Below, one piece after another: positions 17,359 to 22,378 of a stretch of 22,378 nt of DNA. Each line of letters opens with the position of its first letter. The stretch's first letter is position 1. The stretch spans positions 1 to 22,378 of the forward strand of contig JAWOID010000014.1 in assembly GCA_046484865.1 (NCBI GenBank), given 5' to 3'. Source of the stretch: Candidatus Krumholzibacteriia bacterium. Lineage in GTDB: Bacteria; Krumholzibacteriota; Krumholzibacteriia; LZORAL124-64-63. Made by a program: the position numbers and the translations under genes. The notes beneath the pieces were generated by a model. That model was given only the letters and a program-made list of their open reading frames with translations. It did no database searches and was not told where the DNA came from.

Positions 17359-18822
17359 CTACAAACTCTGCTCAGCCCGCTTGCGGATGCCGGTGAGCAT
17401 GCCCCGGAAGACCGGCGTATGCAGGGGAGTGACGAGGAACCAGTAGACGAGGCCGGCGAGTCCGCGCGGCCGAAAGCGCGCGGTCTGCGTGAGGAGGGAT
17501 CGGTCGTCCGCCAGCGGCTGCACCGTGAAATCCAGTTCCGCCTCGCCGGGCAGCCGCATCTCGGCCCGCAGCAGCAGCCGCCGGCCGGGGACCACCTCCA
17601 TGACGCGCCAGAAGTCGAGCACATCGCCGTACCCCACGCGATCGGCGCGACGGCGGCCCCGGGCCAGACCCGGGCCGCCGACCAGGCGGTCCAGCAGGCC
17701 ACGCAGCCGCCACAGCGAATCGGCCGTCAGCCACCCGTGCCGGCCGCCCAGCCGGCAGACCTGGGCGAAGACCCGCTCGGGCGGTGCGTCCACCTCCACC
17801 GCGCGCTCGTCGGTGTAGACGGTGCCGCCGGCCCAGTCCGGATCGCCCGGCAGCACGCCGGAATCGAGCCAGCTCGACTCCGGGTCGCCGTCCGCCTGGC
17901 CTCCCAGGGCGGCGGCGATGGCCTCGTCCACCGTGAGGAGCTGCTGCGGCATCAAGCGCTGGGCACGATCGTCGCGGCAGACCACCCGGTTGCGCAGGCC
18001 CTCGGCGAGCGGCCGGGCGATGCGGTGGTCCGCCGGGGTCACCAGGTGGATCCAGTAGGAACTGAGGCGCGGCGTGAGCACCGGCACCGGCAGGACGAGC
18101 CTGCGGCGCAACCCCAGGTTCCGCGCCATGATCTGCATGATGTCGCGGTACGGCAGCACGTCCGGCCCGCCGATGTCGAGAGTCTGGCCACGGACCTCCG
18201 GCCGCCAGATGCTCTCTTGCAGGTAGCCCAGAGCGTTGCGCACGGCGATCGGCTGGCTCTCGGTGCTCACCCACCGCGGCGTGACCATCACCGGCAGGCG
18301 CTCGACCAGGTACCGGAGGATCTCGAACGATGCGGAACCGGAGCCGATGATCATCGCGGCGCGAAGCACCGTCACCGGCACCGGCCCCGAGGCGAGCGCC
18401 CGCTCCACCTCGCGCCGGGAACGCAGGTGCTCGCTGAGGTCGGGGCCGGTCTCGCCCAGTCCGCCCAGGTAGACGATGCGCTCGAGACCGGCCCGCTCGG
18501 CGCCGGCGGCGAAGGCTCGCGCCAGCTCGAGATCGCGCCGCTGGTAGGAGCTGCCGGCGGCGAGCATGCTGTGCACCAGGTAGTAGGCGGCGCCGCAGCC
18601 GGAGAGCGCGCGGTCGAGGGCGGCGGCATCGCCCACGTCGCCCGCGACCACCGTCGCCCCGGGATGGCTCCGCCAGGGCCGCTGGTCGAGCTTGCGCGGG
18701 TCGCGGACCATGCAGACGACCGGCCGGCCGGCCGCCAGGAGCCGCGGCACCAGACGTCCGCCGATGTAGCCGGTGACGCCGGTGACCAGGACCGGCGCGG
18801 CGCTGACAGGCGAGGTCGACAT
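17359..18822 (-). CDS. YbjT-like NAD(P)-binding SDR/epimerase with C-terminal DUF2867-like domain
   Basis: VLVTGVTGYIGG, AYYLVHSM, IVYLGGL, SEHLRSRREVE, LRAAMIIGSGSASFE and QPIA. C-terminal 'LWRLRG..DRLVGG..GRR..GDVLDFWRV..LRAEMRLPGEA..F.PRGLAG..YW'. ATG 18822 with a GGGAG RBS. Confidence 0.9.
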   Translation of the reverse strand: MSTSPVSAAPVLVTGVTGYIGGRLVPRLLAAGRPVVCMVRDPRKLDQRPWRSHPGATVVAGDVGDAAALDRALSGCGAAYYLVHSMLAAGSSYQRRDLELARAFAAGAERAGLERIVYLGGLGETGPDLSEHLRSRREVERALASGPVPVTVLRAAMIIGSGSASFEILRYLVERLPVMVTPRWVSTESQPIAVRNALGYLQESIWRPEVRGQTLDIGGPDVLPYRDIMQIMARNLGLRRRLVLPVPVLTPRLSSYWIHLVTPADHRIARPLAEGLRNRVVCRDDRAQRLMPQQLLTVDEAIAAALGGQADGDPESSWLDSGVLPGDPDWAGGTVYTDERAVEVDAPPERVFAQVCRLGGRHGWLTADSLWRLRGLLDRLVGGPGLARGRRRADRVGYGDVLDFWRVMEVVPGRRLLLRAEMRLPGEAELDFTVQPLADDRSLLTQTARFRPRGLAGLVYWFLVTPLHTPVFRGMLTGIRKRAEQSL

Positions 18823-18855
18823 GAGGTCTCCCACGGCGCGACTGCGGCCGGGACA

Positions 18856-19851
18856 TCAGGTCGACAGTCGCGTCAGCCAGACGTTCAGGTCCCCGAGGTC
18901 CTCCACGACGACGGCGTCGATCTCGTCGAGCACCTCGCGATAGGAGCCGACCGCACGCCCCCCCACGAGCAAGGGATACCCCGTCCCCAGGTAGCGGCGT
19001 ACCTGTCGGAGCTGATCGGGCAGGCGAGGATCGTTGGCGGGATGGACGATGCTGAGCATGACCGCGCGCGCGGCCCGCTGCACCGCCGCCGCCGCGATCT
19101 CCTCCGCCGGCAGGTCCGGGCCCAGGTAGAGGACGTCCCAGCCCATCTCGCTGGCGGCAGCCGCCGCCAGCAGGGCGCCGATCTCGTGCCGCTGCCCCGC
19201 CGGGGTGGTGGCCACCACCACGGGTGCCGCGTCGGCGGCCTGCCGCTGGGCGATGGAGGCGAGGATCGTCCGCACGATCGCGGACGCCATGTGCTCGTGC
19301 ACCACCCGCAAGCTGCCTTCCTGCCAGCGATCGCCGATGCTCTCCATCAGCGGCACCAGCAGCTCGCGGCGCACCTGGCCGGGAGCGAACGCCACCGCCG
19401 CGTCCTGCAGGACCTGCTCGAGGCGCTGCCGATCGAGCGCCACCGCGGCGTCGACCGCGTCCTTGAGCAGTTGCTGCAGCGTCCCGACCGGGGGCCGGGG
19501 CCGCGTCCGGGCGGGAACCACCGCCTCGCGCTCGTCCTCGCGGACCAGCGCCTTCAACTCGTCCAGACCGAGCCGCGCCACGTCCGAGATGCGCCGTCGC
19601 CCCTCCACCAGTCGCTTCATGAGCCGCAGTCGCTGCACGTCGAGGTCTGAGTAGAGCCGTCGCCCCGTCTCGGTGCGGTGCGGTCGCACGGCACCGTAAC
19701 GCTTCTCCCATGCCCGCAGCAGGTCCGGTGGAATGGCGGTACGCCGGGCCACCACGCCGATGGGATGGCCACGGCCGCGCTCAGTTCCCGTCCTTGCGGC
19801 TCCAGCCAGATCGTTGCCATTGCCATCCTCGTCGCCCATGCGCGCGGTCAT
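18856..19851 (-). CDS. CarH/LitR-like MerR-family regulator with cobalamin-binding domain
   Basis: MerR HTH (LLRAWEKRYG..RTETGRRLYS), W-x9-EH (WQEGSLRVVHEH), GQRHEIG, YLGPDLP, MLSI and VGG. Exact start uncertain (19851 or 19839). Confidence 0.9.
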   Translation of the reverse strand: MTARMGDEDGNGNDLAGAARTGTERGRGHPIGVVARRTAIPPDLLRAWEKRYGAVRPHRTETGRRLYSDLDVQRLRLMKRLVEGRRRISDVARLGLDELKALVREDEREAVVPARTRPRPPVGTLQQLLKDAVDAAVALDRQRLEQVLQDAAVAFAPGQVRRELLVPLMESIGDRWQEGSLRVVHEHMASAIVRTILASIAQRQAADAAPVVVATTPAGQRHEIGALLAAAAASEMGWDVLYLGPDLPAEEIAAAAVQRAARAVMLSIVHPANDPRLPDQLRQVRRYLGTGYPLLVGGRAVGSYREVLDEIDAVVVEDLGDLNVWLTRLST

Positions 19852-19911
19852 GTCAGGGGTTCGCTCCCGGTCGAATATGGCCCAGGTGGTCGTCGCAAGG
19901 TCTCGACCGGC

Positions 19912-19946
19912 ACAATAATTGTCTGTCTAGTTTATGTCAATAGACG
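19912..19946 (-). promoter_or_regulatory. Sigma70 promoter and putative CarH-type operator of the regulator operon
   Basis: Minus strand TTGACA (19940-19935)-17 bp-TATTGT (19917-19912). TTGACA and TAGACA repeat at an 11-bp period, and a GTCTA-N11-TAGAC dyad overlaps them. Confidence 0.75.
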
Positions 19947-19964
19947 AGCCGGGGGTCTGGCGGC

Positions 19965-19994
19965 TTTTCATCGGGGTCGAGCGGGTGCTATGAT
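19965..19994 (+). promoter_or_regulatory. Putative extended -10 promoter for the NUDIX-like gene
   Basis: TTTTCA-18 bp-TATGAT with a TG extension (TGcTATGAT). Confidence 0.5.
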
Positions 19995-20026
19995 GCCGCC
20001 TCTTCACCCTTCCGGAAGGACCGATC

Positions 20027-20677
20027 GTGCGCTTCATCCTCGTCGTCGAACGCAAGCACCTGTTTCCCGGACTCAGCCCCCAGGGGTTCCTGCCGGCCGC
20101 GGCGGTGGACCTCGATGGCCTCGCCGCGCACCTCTTCTTCGCCGAGCGCGGCTACATGGAGCGCAATTCCCACTACAAGCAGATCATCCCCTACCTGATG
20201 CTCGAACGGGGCGCCGACGATGACGCCCGCCTGCTGGTCTACCAGCGCCGCGCGGCCCACAGCGAGCGGCGCCTCGGCGGACTGTGGTCGGCTGGTTTCG
20301 GCGGACACGTGGAGCCTCTCGACCGCACCGACGAGCTGGTCCGGGTGGCGGGCCTGGTGCGAGCGGCTGCGCTGCGCGAGCTGGAGGAGGAGACCGGCCT
20401 CGTGCGCAGCGCCGACCAGGTCGAGCGCATCGGCTTCCTGAACTCGGACCGGGAGGAGGTCTCCAGCGTCCATTTCGGCGTCGTCTACCGGGTCCGGCTG
20501 GACGACCTCCCCGACGACGACGAAGTCCTCTGCCGGCGCGTGTGCGATCAGGTGGAGCCGCACCGTGCCCTCTGGCTGCCGCGACGCCAGCTCGAGGCCA
20601 TGACAGCGTCCGGCGACGCCCCGGACGGAGGCACCTTCGAGGACTGGACGCGACTGGTCCTGCAGGGCCTCGCCTGA
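20027..20677 (+). CDS. NUDIX-superfamily predicted phosphoesterase (YmaB/COG4112-like)
   Basis: YKQIIPY, ERRLGGLWSAGFGGH, Nudix-box-like ALRELEEETG and VHFGVVY; GGAAGGA RBS. Confidence 0.8.
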   Translation: MRFILVVERKHLFPGLSPQGFLPAAAVDLDGLAAHLFFAERGYMERNSHYKQIIPYLMLERGADDDARLLVYQRRAAHSERRLGGLWSAGFGGHVEPLDRTDELVRVAGLVRAAALRELEEETGLVRSADQVERIGFLNSDREEVSSVHFGVVYRVRLDDLPDDDEVLCRRVCDQVEPHRALWLPRRQLEAMTASGDAPDGGTFEDWTRLVLQGLA

Positions 20678-20711
20678 CGGTCGCCCGCCTGCCGGAACTC
20701 GTCGTAATCGC

Positions 20712-20741
20712 TTGGCCTGTGCGCCGCCGGGGTGCTAAAGT
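20712..20741 (+). promoter_or_regulatory. Putative promoter of mdh
   Basis: TTGGCC-18 bp-TAAAGT with a TG extension. Confidence 0.45.
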
Positions 20742-20847
20742 GCGCGTGCTCGTCGCGGAGGGGCGCCGGCCACGACCTGCGGGAACGCGGAGTCGCGGCC
20801 GGCGTGCCATGGAGCCGGACCTCTCAACCCTGAAGGAGAACGGCACG

Positions 20848-21801
20848 ATGATCAACAAGATCGGTATCGTCGGTGGCGGAAACATCGGCGGCGTTTTGGT
20901 GTCGGAGATCGTCACGCGTCGTCTGGCACGCAACGTGGGGCTCGTGGACGTCAAGCCGCCAGAGCTCGCCAAGGGCAAGTGCCTGGACATCGCCGAGGGC
21001 ACTCCCACGATCAGCCGCGACGTGGCCTTCCAGGCCGGCAAGGGCTACGAGGTGCTCGAGGGGTCCGAGTTCGTCATCAACACCGCCGGCGTGCCGCGCA
21101 CGGTCCGCCCCGACGGAACGTTCCCGAGTCGCGAGGAACTGCTGGCCACCAACCTGAAGATCACCGACGCGGTGGCCGACGGCATCAAGAAGTACTGCCC
21201 CGACGCCTTCATCATCTCGGTGGCGAACCCCCTCGACGCCATCGTCTATCGCCTCCTGAAGAAGCTGAACCATCCCCCGCGGAAGATCATGGGCATGGCC
21301 GGCGTGCTCGACTCCGGCCGCTACAAGTACTTCGTGGCCGAGGCCGCCAACGTCTCGGTGGAGAACGTGGAAGCGGTGGTTTTGGGCGGCCACGGCGACA
21401 CCATGGTTCCCATCCGCAGCGCGTGCCGGATCTACGGTCTGCCGGTGGAGGAGTTCGTCCCCGCGAAGAAGCTGGAGAAGATCGAGGACCGCACCCGCAA
21501 GGCCGGCGGCGAGGTGGTCAGTCTCCTGGGTTCGGGCTCGGCGTTCGTCAGCCCGGCCTGGTCGGCGCTGGAGATGGTCGAGTGCATCGCCTACGACAAG
21601 CGCAAGATCGTCCCGGTGGCTGCTTACCTCGACGGTGAGTACGGTGTGAAGGGACTGTTCGTGGGCGTACCGGTCATCCTCGGCAAGAACGGTGTGGAGC
21701 AGATCGTCAAGATCAAGCTCACCCCGGAGGAGAAGGCCGCCTTCAAGAATTCGGTCAACGCGGTCAAGAAGACCAGCGCCGAGGTGGACAAGATGAAGTA
21801 G
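20848..21801 (+). CDS. mdh: Malate dehydrogenase (LDH-like type)
   Basis: ATG 20848 with an AAGGAG RBS. IGIVGGGNIG, GKCLD, TAGVPR (specificity Arg), VANPLD, GMAGVLDSGR, VLGGHGDTM and RTRKAGGEVV. Confidence 0.9.
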   Translation: MINKIGIVGGGNIGGVLVSEIVTRRLARNVGLVDVKPPELAKGKCLDIAEGTPTISRDVAFQAGKGYEVLEGSEFVINTAGVPRTVRPDGTFPSREELLATNLKITDAVADGIKKYCPDAFIISVANPLDAIVYRLLKKLNHPPRKIMGMAGVLDSGRYKYFVAEAANVSVENVEAVVLGGHGDTMVPIRSACRIYGLPVEEFVPAKKLEKIEDRTRKAGGEVVSLLGSGSAFVSPAWSALEMVECIAYDKRKIVPVAAYLDGEYGVKGLFVGVPVILGKNGVEQIVKIKLTPEEKAAFKNSVNAVKKTSAEVDKMK

Positions 21802-21936
21802 AAGCCGGGAGGGGCCCGGCTCCGGTGGAACCGGACCCCGTGCCGGCGGCCGTCCGAGCGAGCTCCCGTCCCCGGCGGGAGCTCGTCTCGTCGGCGAACC
21901 TCGCGCCACCCGCGACGCACCGTCTCAGGAGGACCG

Positions 21937-22378
21937 ATGGCCGGCCGCGACTCGCGTTCGCCTCTGGACCGCTTCCTGTCGCTGTTCACCGAGGTGCGTG
22001 CCGGCGAGGGCGTGGCGGTGGTGTTGCTCGCCACCAACGTGTTCCTGCTGCTGACGGCCTACTACCTGATCAAGCCCGTGCGCGAGGCCCTGATCCTGGC
22101 CGACGGCGGCGCCGAGGTGAAGGCCTACACCTCCGCCGGACAAGCCGTGCTGCTCCTCTTTGCGGTGCCGGCGTACGGAAAAGTGGCGAGCCGCTTGTCG
22201 CGGCTGCGGCTCATCGGCACCGTCACCGTCTTCTTCGCGGCGTGTCTGGCGGGGTTCTACCTGCTGGCGCTGACCACGAACCTGCCGCTCGGCATCCCCT
22301 TCTACCTCTGGGTGGGCATCTTCAACGTGATGATCGTGGCCCAGTTCTGGTCGTTCGCCAACGACCTCTACACGCCCG
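21937..22378 (+). CDS. Npt1/Npt2 (TLC-like) MFS nucleotide-transporter family protein, 5' part only
   Basis: Not in the ORF track. AGGAGG RBS, then MAGRDSRSPLDRFLSLFTEVRAGEG...LLLTAYYLIKPVREALIL...FYLWVGIFNVMIVAQFWSFANDLYTP, open to the edge. The YY.IKP.R and FW.FAND motifs are characteristic of this family. Confidence 0.85.
   Translation, partial: MAGRDSRSPLDRFLSLFTEVRAGEGVAVVLLATNVFLLLTAYYLIKPVREALILADGGAEVKAYTSAGQAVLLLFAVPAYGKVASRLSRLRLIGTVTVFFAACLAGFYLLALTTNLPLGIPFYLWVGIFNVMIVAQFWSFANDLYTP

Noticed and set aside
17323..19711. 775-aa plus-strand and 779-aa minus-strand ORFs
   Set aside because: Shadow or alternative frames over the SDR and MerR genes, with low-complexity composition.
20284..20847. 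N-terminal extension of mdh in the track (similar extensions on wecB, GT4 and 331..1689)
   Set aside because: These overlap neighbouring genes. Internal ATGs with an RBS or coupling and family-typical N-termini give better starts.
21803..21835. Two short hairpins after mdh as an intrinsic terminator
   Set aside because: Stems are only 7 and 6 bp with no U-tract, which is expected by chance at this GC content.
1..22378. CRISPR arrays, tRNA or rRNA genes, cobalamin riboswitch
   Set aside because: No regularly spaced repeats or RNA-gene signatures were seen by eye, and the intergenic gaps are short. A covariance-model scan was not run.

Overview
GC-rich bacterial chromosomal window with almost no free intergenic space. 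From left to right: (1) the 5' part of a zinc-ribbon, IS1-like transposase gene running off the left edge (missed by the ORF track); (2) a minus-strand surface-polysaccharide cluster: DegT-type aminotransferase, ExeA-like AAA ATPase with TM and SPOR domain, GT4 glycosyltransferase, Wzx-type flippase, wecB, bi-domain oxidoreductase, and an uncharacterised helical-barrel-like protein; (3) a divergent secreted two-repeat PPC-like protein ending in a probable C-terminal sorting motif; (4) a four-gene operon in which the topoisomerase VI genes top6B and top6A are separated by an M32 carboxypeptidase and a SAM methyltransferase; (5) a minus-strand unit of a CarH/LitR-like B12-binding MerR regulator, a YbjT-like SDR-DUF2867 protein and a 60-aa microprotein, with two near-consensus sigma70 promoters and CarH-type operator repeats; (6) a NUDIX-like protein, mdh with a 5-residue insertion in the specificity loop, and the start of an Npt1/Npt2-like transporter (also missed by the ORF track). 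The C-terminal motif tentatively suggests a Krumholzibacteriota/Latescibacterota-like host (inference). All calls come from reading motifs by eye; no database searches were run. No rRNA, tRNA or CRISPR array was seen.
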